Assembly (NCBI GenBank): GCA_016748015.1
Contig: JAAOMT010000684.1
Coordinates: 124,001-188,000, forward strand
Origin: Geosiphon pyriformis uo1
Taxonomy: Eukaryota > Fungi > Glomeromycota
Direction: 5' to 3'
DNA length: 64,000 bases
Shown here: positions 26,950 through 40,505 of the stretch, in pieces
Position numbering within the stretch: position 1 is the first letter of the stretch
Layout of the letters: each line of letters opens with the position of its first letter
Notes under the pieces: model-generated
What the model was told of the DNA's origin: nothing
What the model saw: the letters and a program-made list of their open reading frames with translations, nothing else
The model's database searches: none
Position numbers and translations under genes: made by a program

Positions 26950-28200
26950 CACTGTAAATCTCCATCGTCCTCTTACATCATATCCAAGTCATTAGGAATC
27001 GAAGTCTCATCTAAAGTAATTTAAAACCCATTATTTATAAGTTTTGACGAATTCTCAAAGATACTAAATTTATAAACAACGTACCAGAAATTTCAACCGT
27101 TTGTAAATTGATAGATTTACTGAAATACAATTCTTTTGGTCGATATATTAGATGGGAAGGAATTATAACTTTTTATTCTCCCATTATCTGCCTCTTTTAA
27201 TTCGTCATATTCAGATTACTCAATGAGCCAAAAACGTTATACAGCTCTTGAGCACTTGGACGATTATTAGGATTAGAATCCCAACATTTTTGAAACAAAT
27301 TGACAAGAAAATCTGGCGTGAAACTGGGAATCTGACGATAAGTCCTTGATCGTATACTCTCGTCGTGAAAGGAACCTGGCCAACATACAGTTCGTACATG
27401 ACCATCCCAGCACTATACATATCGACTGCTATTGAATATGGCTCTCCCCTCAAAACCTCTGGGGCAACTAATGGAAGAATTCTAAACACGTCTTCTTTTG
27501 TTAAATTGATTGATTTGCACAAACCAAGGTTAGTAATTAAAGTCCCACCAAAAGGAGTTGATCAATTGCCAAAAAATTTCCTCCATGCAAATCTTTACGC
27601 ACATAGCCTTTTGGTCTATATTCTTGAGACCAGCTGCCATAAATACAAAAAAAAGCAATGATTGCCCCCAATCGAGCTTTTTCCAACAGCTTAAAACTAT
27701 TGAATGAAGAGTACCGCAAGGCTGATATTCAGCAACCATAAGATATTCTTTGGTGATTGGATCTTGAGTAATTCCAAATAATTCATTAATCCCCGAGGAG
27801 CCATTAAAAGTGAGTTGAGCTTGAAACTTGAAAAAGGATTGATATTGCTCAAAGTCAAAAGAAAGAGAATACATAATTCCTTAAAAAACTTTTCGTCAAG
27901 ACCCTTCGAATCTTTAAGCTTTTTCAAGACTACCATGTTATCCCCCGGTCTTCGTCGCATTTTTCCATTCTCATCCAAAATTTCTTTGGCATATTGAATG
28001 GCAATATGACCATCTATCCATCGAGCTTTGTAAACACTAGCAAAACCTCCATTCTATCACATTTGATATCGATTTTGCTTCAAGCTGAGAATAAAAGATA
28101 ATTTCATCAAGTTTCTCATTCCCACTTGTCCATTTGTCAAAGCCCTTTAAGAAATGGCGAGCATAACAAGGGTTTCAATAAGGAGCGACTACCATCTGGG
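26950..28200 (-). pseudogene. TKL-like protein kinase pseudogene with multiple frameshifts
   Basis: WTSGNEKLDEII, GGFASVYKARW, VVLKKL, LFGITQDPITKEYLMV, RKDLHGGN and VAPEVLRGEPY lie in different frames. Confidence 0.88.
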
Positions 28201-28583
28201 TATCGCATTGAGCGCACTTCATAGTTTAGAATATGATTTGAGAAAGATAATGGTTTTACGAACTTATTACATTTATAATGAATATGAATGTAAGAACTAA
28301 TTGAACAATAGTAACAATGCAGAAATGCGTCATCCTTAAAATGCACTGTAATCCACAATTTTCCCTAATAAATCTTAATTTTCGCTATTTTTGGCAAAGA
28401 CAGAGAAAATGCTAGTCCTCTTTTTAACTCTTTTGGCTACACACAAGTCAAACAAAATATATGGTAGTTGCACTCAAAGGTTACATTTCCATTTCGACTG
28501 TATTGACATATCGCTTAAAATGCAAAAGACAAATTTCTCAATTCTGAAAAGGGAGATTTATTATACTTTTATATTTCGAAGTC

Positions 28584-29550
28584 TCAACATATGATTATCA
28601 ATAAAATCGTAATTATAGTAAGGGCAACCATTCGATAATTTGTTAAATGAGGACTGGTTCCAGAATCAAAAAAACTGTCGATTGGACTAGTTGGAACAAC
28701 AACTATTGTTGTTCTTGAAGGAACCTCAATTTTTGGAAAAGTATATCCTTTTGGAGGATTAATAATTCCACGCATTCCTTTTTCACAGCTAGTTTTATTA
28801 TCGAACAGGAGATGTTAATTTTGTGTTTAAATTTCAAAGGAGAATAAAGAAAACAAATCCATAAAACTTACTTTTCTTTTACTTGGCAATAAAATACGAT
28901 CGGTGAAGTATCGTTTATCATATATGAAAATGTGTATGATGGAGAATGTATTCTCGAATCGAGACCTTTTTTCCATTTAAAATTAGGATTTCAGGGAATT
29001 GGTTGAAATAAATAACATTAAAAATTCTCTATAAAATTATCATACCTCTCAATGAATTCTTCGAACACGGTTTTTCCAAAGTTGACTGAGTTACAGAATG
29101 GGGCCCACTTTTCCAATTCCACAAGATTGTATCACCAGGCTTTGCAGTGAAGTTAGCTGGAGAAAATATTAATTTATTATTAGGACCAACATCTACAATT
29201 ATTGTTTTACTTGCAGATCTTGCTGAAGTACTACTAGTTGCGGAAGGCGTAATTGTTCCATTACTATTTGTAGTGCTAATAGAAGTAGATAATGGAAGTA
29301 CGGATGTTTCAATTTCAGACGGCGGTGGCGAAGGTTCAGGAGTTGGGGTAATAACTGGAGGTGCGATAGTACTTGGAACTGGGTTAGTGGTTGGAGGGAG
29401 AGTTTGTGAAGTATTTAATATCGAGGTAGATGAAGCTTCAGTATATAATGCAGTTGGTTGAATAGATTCTGTAATGTTTAGTATTTGAGCTCGATTTTTC
29501 ACAGCCAAAGATACTACGATCATAAATGATAATATTTTGGTCGCCAGCAT
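28584..29550 (-). CDS. Secreted, C-terminally anchored Ser/Thr/Pro-rich cupredoxin-domain protein (3 exons)
   Basis: Signal peptide, S/T/P-rich stalk, VDVG...FSP...PGDTI.W...HSVTQST...PC, spliced FYCQVKENCEKGMRGIINP, hydrophobic C-terminus. Confidence 0.85.
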
Positions 29551-32500
29551 TGTAAAAATTAGGAAGTTTTACGGCGTGTATAAAATGGTGTCACGCAAAA
29601 AGGCTTATTGAATTCAAAGAAGCTTAATCTTTCAAGTTGTGTTTCCAGATAAAAATATTTTTTATTAACAAATATTTTATTGTTAGCTGATATTTTTAAT
29701 TGTTGACTTGATTAAAAATACAAGTCTAAATTCAGATGCTGAAAAGTTGTATGAACCTGATGACGATTCTATATTCGCAGTAGTTTATACAACCAAACCC
29801 GTCTTCGACTGAAATGAAATTTCAAAGTCTTTTATAACCCATGATAGATGGTATATTAATGTTAAGATCAAAACAAATGATTTCTTATCCTCTTATCCGA
29901 TTTTTATTTATCTTTGGGTTCAATTTCTCAGAATATTGAAATATTGACAGAATTGTTTTGACATAAACCTTTTTTTGAAATGTAACTTCAAAAAAAGGGA
30001 GTTTATCTAACTCAGAATACATTACTCTAGATATTCATGGATATTTGATCGGTATTGTTATGAGAAACAGAATATTTTCCGTTCGGGTTAAATTTTCGCA
30101 AATTCACTGTGTACTATTTATAATTTTTTCTCGAAACACTTTGTTTGCTTCTATATTTCATGGTACCACAAGATATATTGGTTTCTAAATTTGTCATTCC
30201 TCAGATCTCTCAACAAAACCTTTTTGCGATTCATCGTCAACTTGAAATCATTGAATATTAAACATTTATTTTATATGATTTTTTCTTTGTTGAAACTTAG
30301 ATTTCTTACAAGTTTTCTTGGAGCTAAATCTGCTCTTTACTAAAGATTCTGTATAAAAAAATGCTTTAAAAATGGTTTGATATTAACAGATAATTACGAA
30401 GTATAGTTTTTACATATTATAAATGTATACTATTTCAAAAAAGTTAAGAATGGATACTAAAAGTATCTTTAGCATTTCAAAACCCTGGTCCAGGATCAAA
30501 TGCATGGTTTCGAAAAGTTCATTGTTCTATAAAACTTTTTTTTTATGCATAATCAACATTGGATATTTGATCACAGCCTGAAGATTGGCTCAAAACCAAA
30601 TTTCCCAGGATAATAAACTTTTGAAGCAACTTTAATTGGTTGTTACCCATTCTTTCACACGTAATTGGGTTATCCTAAGCTTGAAATTTTCAATCCTTCA
30701 AAAAAATTACAAGTTTAGTCATTAAAATTTTGCTATTAATTGGGAAAATCTTTATATTAAAGAAATTCAATTTTTTGCCTAAAATTATTTAAAGCTAATA
30801 TATATATATAAATATTGTCTTTATCAGAAGCTTAAAAAGAATAAATTGAAATAAGATCCATAATTGTTGTTATTTTAGAATTTCGACAGCTTTCCAAAGT
30901 AAAAAAATATCAAGCATTGGGACAATATGATAAATACCTTAAAAAATAATTTTTCAGCTCTCTATGCAATTCCAAATATTTGACATGATGAATCGAAAAT
31001 AAATACTACAACGTCATTCTTCATGTTTAAGATAGCTTTGATAGAAAACACTATATTTATTTTAAGACCCACCTGTTAGGATCTTTATTTCACCAAGTGA
31101 AAATCTTTTTCCCTTTGAAATTCTCACATTTCCTGAAAACTTTCATTTTTCCATGTACAATGTCTTACTAAAAAATTGTCTGAAGGTTAGCGAGCTATTC
31201 GGTTTACTCTTTGAGTCCTAAGAAATTATGTTGAAAGATGCCGAAAAGAAAATGAGAAATTTCAAACATATCATTGAAAGATACTCTGCTTCAGTAAATC
31301 GAAAGAACTTTCAAATCTCAAATTTTATTTTTGTCTGATATATCTGAAAACTTGAAGAATGATTTAAGAATAAATAAATAAAATTTAAATTTCCGGTATT
31401 TTAAAATACTTTGAGCAAGTTTTGCTAACTCAAAAAATTTTGATTTAAATATTAACATTTTTTATTGTTTCAACATCAAATATAATTAATTTTTTCTTGA
31501 AAGGTAAAAAAATAATCAAAATATTTAAAATGCTTTCAATTTGTGAATCAATTCAAATTTAAAGCCAAAGCCTTAAAAGCTTAATTGTTAAGATTACTTT
31601 ACTGTTACAAGAAAAGCTAATGAACTATAATATGTCAATTAAATAAAGCTCAAGATAACTTATTTAAAAAGGCATTTGCTATTACCAGACTTATTATAAT
31701 TGGAAAATTTAAATTTTGATTCATATAATTGATAATAAAATATTTTTTTAGAATTTAAATAATATGATATGAAGCTTTAAACTTAAGCCTCTCAATTATT
31801 ATATTATTTTTAAATTAATCTATTTTTTAATATTTAAAAGATTGTAATCAATTTTTATCTGTTGTAAAATAACCAAAATAATGAATGCAAATTTTATATT
31901 TATAAAAGTTATTTCAATTTCAAAATAAAAACTTTATTTAAGCGAAACATTTTGGTTATAATTTAATCATGTTTTATGGTTTAGCTTTTATAGCATAATA
32001 TTAATATCAAATTTTTTTTTTGCAAATAAAATAAATGAAGCCAATTATTTAATAATCTATAAAAATTTAAAAATAAAATAAACTATTATAAACAATAATT
32101 ACAAACAAAAAAGCTTGACTAGTAATGTGCTTGTTATTTTTTGAATTAATATTTTGCATTAATTGCTATGATAAATACTTTTACCTTTTAAATATTTATT
32201 TGAAAAATTACTTTTGATTTACTACTCAATTTGGACTTGGTACTTTATGTCTAATCATTCGAAATCATTTGATTGTAGATGCCATAATTATTTAATTTGG
32301 AGAGATCTGGTATTTTGGTAGATAAGTAAAGGTGAAATAAGTATAGATATTTCTAGACGAAGAGTTATTGGTTTAAATCTTGGATCGAGAGATTTGTTCG
32401 TTGCAATTTGAAATAAAGGAATATTGCAAAATTTTTTGAATAATAGAAAAAACAGAAGCTAGATAAGTTTCAATCGAATTATGCTATTTATTTATTTTTG

Positions 32501-34589
32501 AAAGAATATACTTTGTATAGGACACGTATATCCAGCATCTAAATAAATAATTCCCCCCCCCCATAAATTGCTTCATTTCTCATGCGGTTGAAAGTAAGTG
32601 ATGTAATTACCACAGCATCAGAAATGTCATATCGCATTAAGGAGGGTACCTCTTTTTCACAATCATATCAATCGATCGATCTTTTGCGACATTTTCATGG
32701 TTGAACAATTTTTATCAAATGAATAAAACCTCTCAGCGCATTAATTTGATTTTCAAATCGATAAGATACAAAGTTAGGCCAGGCACACCTTCAATGTCTA
32801 AATAGTCAGAGGGACCTCAAGCCCTCGTTCGTAGTATGAGCAGATCTAATATAAAGATAAAATCCCAAAAAACCTACTCCAAAGCAAGTTCAAATATAAA
32901 CATAATTTGATAAGGCATAGGAATTTCTGAATAGCTCACACTCATGAGAATTCAATCTTATTTTGTGAATTTTTCATTCATGAAAATTCCCTTTTCTCGC
33001 TGAATAATAAATTTTGGACTGCCCTAGATTATCAAAACAAAATTCATTGATATCTAAATCATGGGACATAAGTATTCTTGGAAACACAAATTTATGTATC
33101 ATAATTAACATAGATTTATATTACTCCTGATGATTCATAAAAAGCCCCGAGATATCATAAAAAGCTGGAATTTTTAAAAGTTTTCTGCTAATCAAGCGAA
33201 ATATTTCGAATCAACGACAAAATTAGATGAATTCAAATCTCAGGTAGCACACCGATTGTGAACATATTTTGATTGTCCAAAAACGTGAAGGCAAAATATT
33301 GATTGCTTCAAACAATTGCAAAATCGCATGTGGAACCTATTAACTTTCCCTTTGTTGATATCAGAAAAGTCTTGGCTGCAAACTCAAAAGCCATTACATT
33401 CTATTTTAAGCCATAAGGTTCTTATCGATTATCATACATCCCGGTTGATTTATGCCATCTTGGTTGAACAAAGACTGCATCATTCCCCTTAAGATATAAG
33501 TGTGCCCAAACAAAACAAATGGTTTGTTCTGTTAGCTCTTTTTTAGTGAACCTGTCCTCGGTGGGGATTGGCTAGTCTTCTCTGCTTTGATAAATAATCG
33601 AACATTCTGTGGTAGTGGCCTTGTCTACTACATATACTATTTTCGTTTAAGTGTGATTGCAAATGTTAAAGTTTTTATGAAGAAAATTTGGGTCGCGAAA
33701 TCCTTTTTAAGCGTTTAGATGAAATGGAAAACGTAAAAATGGTGATCCAGAACCAAAAAACTAGCTCGAAAATTGTTTATACAGCTTCTCCTCTTTAAGT
33801 GACAAATATAATTAATAAATTCAAAAAACAGAAATTTATTACCCCATAAGATAATTTTCGAGTTTATTTAGTATTCGATTTGATAATTTCTATTTCACTA
33901 GGCTCAATTCTTTGACGAGAATTTATGGAAAATAAAGCAACTTTATGGACTTTTTGCCTGCCAATAATTGTCGTATTACTTTTAAAAACAGTCAACCAAA
34001 ACAAAACATATTAAAAAGTTTATTGTACCCTAAAATCCCTCTGGATATTAGAAAATATTTTTAGTTTAATTAAAAATATTTCCCTTTGGCTGCAATTTTT
34101 ATTTGCATTTTTATTGACCATCGTACAAAGTTAACGGGGCGAACAAGATGATAACAGATAATTTATTATGTCAACTAAATATAACAATTAAAGGTCTATA
34201 TTATTCTTTAAATAAGATTTCCACCTATGGAACAATAGACAGTCAGGTAACAGCAGCCGTTTTAAAGTAGCAACCTCAAGTATTTTAATGGCCAAAAATT
34301 TCAACCATCTGCCGAACATTTTGGCTTAATAGAGATATTTTGAATTGAAAGCACATATCATTTATAGACTTTAAATTCGCATTAGCTGTTTTAGAATGTT
34401 TACTGCTGAATTATATCGAGACTCAAGTGTTTGTGCTATTCAGTTTTTAAATTTCATTTATATGTTTGTTTCGCTGTTGTACCACCAAATCAAGTTATGA
34501 GATTATATCTGCTATCTTTACTTTAAATTCCAATATAAAAGAGAGTAAAGTTTTGTGCAAACAATGTATCCACTCTCATTTTTGCCATT

Positions 34590-37500
34590 ATGAGTTCAAA
34601 GAGTTACTACCAACATATATCAAAGCCCGTTCCTCATATGCTACCACATTATGATGTGGTAGTTATTGGATCGGGTTATGGAGGTGGAATTGCGGCTTCC
34701 CGCATGTCCCGAGCTGGTAAAAGGGTAGCTCTATTAGAACGAGGTAACGAATGAGCGCCACAATTCATTACCAATTTTCGCTGCTGGTGTCGACATTAAT
34801 CAATGATTTACCCTATCACTTGAAAAGGTCAAGAAAAATGGCCGGGTGAGTTTCCGGAGAAGTTTCTAGAAGCTGCGAAAGAGGTTCATATATCTAAAAA
34901 TAGCCACGATTATGGGAATAAAGTTGGAATGTATCGCATTTACTTTGGTGATGAGCAAGATGCGGTTGTTTGCAATGGGTGAGTAAACCAAGAATCACAT
35001 GGAAACTAAGTGGCGTTAAAAAACACATTTCTCAACTTAAACACTATTATAGCCTCGGGGGGACTTCATTGATTAATGCTAATGTTGCTTTGAAAGCCGA
35101 TGAAAATGTCTGGAATATGAAATTATGGCCCGAGGAAATTGAAAAAGCTGAGATTGAAGAAGGTAATATATTAAACTTAGATATTTGAATTTAAAATTTT
35201 TTGACATGATACGATTATTTTTTCCTTCACAGGATATAACCGTGCTCAGCACATGCTTCAGCCACAACCATATCCCGAAAATTGGCCCGAATTACCCAAA
35301 CTGACGACACTCGAGGAACAAGCAACCCTTTTAGGCGTTAGAGATCATTTTTATCGACCACCTCTCACAGTAACTTTTAAACAAGGAGTCAACAATGCCG
35401 GTGTTTACCAAAAGGCATCAACATTAACTGGCAATGATACCACAGGTGTCAATGATGGTAGCAAAAATAGTACTTTGATGAATTACATCCCCGACGCTTG
35501 GAATCATGGTGCAGAAATATTTTGTGAAGTCGCTGTAAAGCGAATAAAACAAAGCAAAAAAACCAAAAAATGGGTTATTTTTTATGCTTGGTTGGGTGTA
35601 AGCGTTTTCGATATTTGGCGAATTAATTATTTCCATTCTCGGTTGATTATAAATTTAACGAATTTCAACGCAGGATCCACGATGCAAATTTCATGATGAT
35701 TTTGAAAACTCTTATTTCTTTGTAACGGCAGATGTGGTCTTTGTCGCGGCGGGTACCTTGGGTACAAACGAGATCATGTTAAGATCAAGAGCTTTTGGAT
35801 TGAAGACAAGTAGTAACTTGGGAAAATCGTTCAGCGGAAATGGCGATGTAAGTTTTCGAGTTATTGCGTTGATTCGGCTTTTCAAAACCTAGAATAAAAA
35901 TTCTTCATTTTTGAAATCTTTTTCTAAAGATTCTTGGCTTTGGATATAACAATAATCGACCTGTTAATGGTACGCTATATTTTTATGAATATTATTTATT
36001 TATTTATTTATCATTTAAATTTAGATGTTGATTATAAAATTTCTCAACCTTTTACACTTGAAACTTTATTTTAGGTGTCGCTATGGGCTGCAAAGACCCA
36101 AACGGATTCAAAATGAAAGTTGGACCTTGCATCACCGGAATAATTGACATGCGGACCCCGGTTGAAAATGTTTTAGATGGGTATGTCATTGAAGAAGGGG
36201 TTGCTCCAGCTGCAATCGGTCATATGTTCAAAGCTTTATTAAAAGTTAGTAAGCGTGTTAACGGGAAAAAACCTCAAGGTCTAAGTTTTAAAGAAAATTT
36301 TCGTAAGGGTGTGAGGGGATTCTTCTCTCCTTTCCAAGGACTTTATGGTGGTGCATTACACCACACACAAACTTATCTCATTATGTCACATGATGATGGC
36401 TCTGGTGAATTCGAGTTCAAAAATAATAGACTTCAAATGGGTTTTAAGGGTGCTGGCAAAGCCTTACAAATTGAAAAATTGAATAAGATTTTAGCCGATG
36501 CAACGCATAAATTGCACGGAACATTCATTCCAAATCCGTTGTGGACCAAAGTGTTTAAAAATTCACTTGTTACCGTTCATCCGCTTGGAGGTTGCATTAT
36601 CGGTAGAAACGCTGAATCCGGTGTTGTTAATCATAAAGGCCAGGTAATTAGAGATCTTTTTTTATGTTCATTCCATCCGGTATCGTTGGTTGTTTCTCAT
36701 TTTCGAGTTTTAGGTCTTCAAAGTCAAAGAAGGCAAAGACGTCTATCAGGGCTTATATATTTGTGATGGTTCGATAGTTCCTACCTCACTGGGAGTTAAT
36801 CCATTTTTCACAATCTGTGCCTTGGCCGAAAGAATCTGCGAGAAAGCTGCCGAAGATTTTCAATGGAAAATTGATTATCATAAGGTCACAAAACCAATAA
36901 ATTTTGAGGATCCCCTAATTTCATATTCAACTCAGGAAGAATTGGCAGAAAGAAAAAGACGAAATTTTGACATGAAGAATGGCGGTTTATTGTTCTCAGA
37001 AGTTATGAAAGGTTATTTTTCCACTGAAATCACTTTTCCTGAACCAACAATAGAAACATATCTTATCGCTGAGAGTATGTTATCGTATTTTTTATTTTTG
37101 ATGGAGTTGCATGTCTTTAAATATTTTAAACGAACAACACTCATAATTACTTCTTACAATGAAAAGCCCAAGCCAAATCGGCTGATTCCACAATGTCATT
37201 TTTGCTTTCTATTACGGCTTATGACGCTGAAACATTGGTTAAGATGGAAAATCATGCTGCTGATCTTTTCGGCACCGTCACTTGCCGTGCCCTTTCCCCA
37301 GATCCTTTAATAATCACATCGGGTTGCTTTCGTCTTTTGATCAGTGATGAATCCGGAGTCGATAATTCCAGAATGGTGTATAGTTTAGACTTACTGAGCA
37401 CCGATGGAGATGAATACAAATTTGAAGGTTATAAACTGGTATCCAATTCCCTTTTCGGTAACGGTTGGAAACAAACTACCACCCTATACGTAACCGTTAG

Positions 37501-39144
37501 AACCAAAGAAACATCAGAAGCTGTTGGACATGGGGTATTGCACATAGGCCCTCTTGATTTTGGAAAAACTCTTATGACTCTTAAGGTAGATTTTGCTGAA
37601 TTCAGTTATTTTGAAAATTTTTCTTTCAATGTTGCCTTAATATTTCTTTGATATAGTCTACATCCCCCACGTTGAAAGGGAGAATTAGAACTTGCCTCCA
37701 ATTCGGCAGTTTCTTCTGTGGTCGTATGATATCTCACTATTGCCCAGTTCTCATCCCTCTCAAATATCCTGAAGACGCTTTACCCATTAAACCTTTTAGA
37801 AAGCACTCTGAGCCAGAGATCTATAGTGTCACTGCGAAAGATGGTGTTCGTTCTTTATTGACTAGATTTAAAGGAAATGGACAAGATCCTCAACATCTTA
37901 AAGGACCTGTACTTTTTGTATGTTTTCAAGATGAAGTGTGTTTGGAATGATATTATCTTTGACATTGATTTGGTTCATTTCGATTTTAGGTTCACGGGGC
38001 TGCGATGACCCACGAAATGTGGACAACAAGTTTAGTTGAACATAGCATAGTTGACGTGCTTATCGAGAAAAATTATGATGTTTGGCTGATCGATTATCGC
38101 ATTTCACCACAAAATAAATCCTCTCACGAGCAGCACACAATTGACTCGATGACGTTGGATATTGCTGCTGGTGTTGATAAAATTCTTGAAATAACTAAGG
38201 TAGAAAAAATAGCCGTTATCGCACACTGCATTGGATCAATTGCTACATTCATGGGGCTACTGGATGGAACAATAAAAGGTGTCGGATCATTAATTGCCTC
38301 ACAAGTGGTATGCTTTCTAAAAAAAAATTTATTATGTCCCAAAATTTGTAAATATCCACCTTTAATTTATCTTCATCATCCTTACTAATCATAAACTTTG
38401 AATTTTTAAGGGTATGCATCCAATGTTGCAGTTATTTAATAGTATCAAAGCCCATCTTGGATTAGTCTTTATATGGCGATATATTCTACGGCAAGAATTC
38501 TTCGATGTACGCACCTCAAGAAAAACTGACTATTTCAACGGCTTTCTCAACCAATTGCTTCGATTCGTCCCAGTTGGTCGTTCACAAGTGTGTCGTAACG
38601 CAGTATGTCATCGTGCGTCTTTTGCATATGGATTGCTATGGCAACACGAACATCTCCATCAACAAATTCACGACCATGCCCATGAGTTTTTCTCTTATAT
38701 CAATGTAACAACCCTTCATCATCTTACGAAAATGGCACTAAAAAAGAAAATTTATAGCTATAATGGTGGAAATGTCTATGTAACGAAAAAGAACATTGAA
38801 GATAATTTGAAGTTCCCTATCACATTCATTCATGGTGATAAGAATTCTGTGTAAGTATTAGGCCGCAGTGTTGGCTTATGGGTATTTCATTTAAAAATTA
38901 CCGAATGGCTGTCTTACCCTTTCTTCATTATATCTATAGTTTTTCTCCGGAATCAACTAAAAAGAGTTTTGAAACATTACGAGAGATTAATGGCCCAGAA
39001 TTCTATAAGCGTTGGGAGATAGACAATTACGGCCATTTAGATTGCTGGTGGGGAAAAGATGCTGATAAAGACGTGTTTTTCCGTGTCATCGATCACCTCC
39101 AGTCTGCCGCAAGTTATTATGGATATCAACCAAATTTTGAATAA
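34590..39144 (+). CDS. GMC oxidoreductase (cholesterol-oxidase-like) fused to a C-terminal alpha/beta hydrolase domain, multi-exon
   Basis: YDVVVIGSGYGG FAD motif, LGGTSLINANV, AAGTLGT, TVHPLGGC, SLGVNPFFTI; then VHGA, AHCIGS, FIHG and YGHLD hydrolase motifs. Confidence 0.92.
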
Positions 39145-39479
39145 GCTGCTTCTGCTAAATGAGTATCCCTATTTAACCTGACTCCTCTCTTCAAGAAGGG
39201 TAATTCCGAATTATTATGATCTCATTCAAAGTTGTGAGTTGTACAAATTATACGAAGCATCATATCCCAAAAACTGGCATATGAAGTTCGCGAAAAACAT
39301 TGAATTTAATTTATCAAGTTTAACCTTTGCCAAGATATTATATTCCAATAAATTTATTTTGAATTATAAAGTCTAGAAGACTTGACAAAGAGAATTAATT
39401 AATTTTTACTTATTTTCTGACTTGAAATCACCAAACAAAAGGATTAAACGATCTTTAGAATACAAAATTCCCAAGTTAT

Positions 39480-39790
39480 CATTACCATTGGCGAAGTTTT
39501 TGTTTTATGCTCGTTTCCGATTGCGGTTACTATTTAGATTGCCGTTGAAGTATCCTCGATTCGCGTTACCATTTAGTTATCATTATCGTTGAAGCTTCCG
39601 AGGTTGTTGTTATTAGAGTTACCACTGAAAAATTCTAAATTATTATTTCCATTGAAGTTACCAACCGTTGCCGTTGCCATTGAACGACCTTTCTTCATTT
39701 TCCTCATCTGCTTGGACAATAGCAAATGAAATGAGAGTTAACCAGATAATTCCAGCTAAAAATGCTGTTTTGACAAAGTAAATATATAAA
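39480..39790 (-). pseudogene. Decayed small secreted Asn/Gly-repeat protein
   Basis: Signal-like YFVKTAFLAGIIWLTLISFAIVQA without an adjacent ATG, then SFNGNGN / GNFNGNNN / GSFNDNDN / GYFNGNLN units broken by frameshifts. Confidence 0.55.
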
Positions 39791-40505
39791 CAAGGTTGGA
39801 GGCACAAAGTTTTCTGAAGATATTTAGCGATGAAATGGAGATTTTTATAAACCTCAAGCTCTAATAATACAATAAATAGTTTGACTGTAATGACACAGTT
39901 TCCCCTCGTCATGAGAAGTTTCTTTTATACAAAAACTTCATAGTGAAATTGTAAAGAAGTCGTGACTGATTTTTGCAATATAACGAGAGGCTTTGGGAAG
40001 AATTCAAGATTTTGAACCAATTCGACGGAAGCCACACTCTAGCATTGTCAACTGTCGAATATAAAATTATTACAATTGCAAGCTTACAGGGTTCTAAGAA
40101 ATCATCAAAATCTTTCAGTGATTTTCTTTCGAGAAAGATCTTTTAAGCAAAGCCGTTATAAACCTAATTTTCTTCATTTCCAGATGGTTGCTCCAAGGAA
40201 GAATTTAGGCTTTGAATTTTTATGATAGTATTTGGTGATTCATCTTCTGTCTGAATGTCAGATAAGCAAAAAAAAATTTAAGGCTGTTCATCGATTTCTT
40301 CATTCAAAAACAATGATTAGTTTTTTATACATTTTTTTTGGGCTTTTCTTTATTTTCATCCAAGTTCTACGACCTGTTAATGATGGCAGTATTCTTGAAC
40401 AAGAAATTTTAAAAAATTTTTTTTTAAAGTCAATTTCTGAAATAGCCAATCAAAAGTTTAATCTCAATTTATGCAAACAGATAAATTTTTCAGAGATGAA
40501 TTTAT

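Noticed and set aside
27365-27997. Plus-strand ORFs (also 29147-29461, 40232-40573, 61084-61359)
   Set aside because: Antisense shadows of, or overlaps with, better-supported genes.
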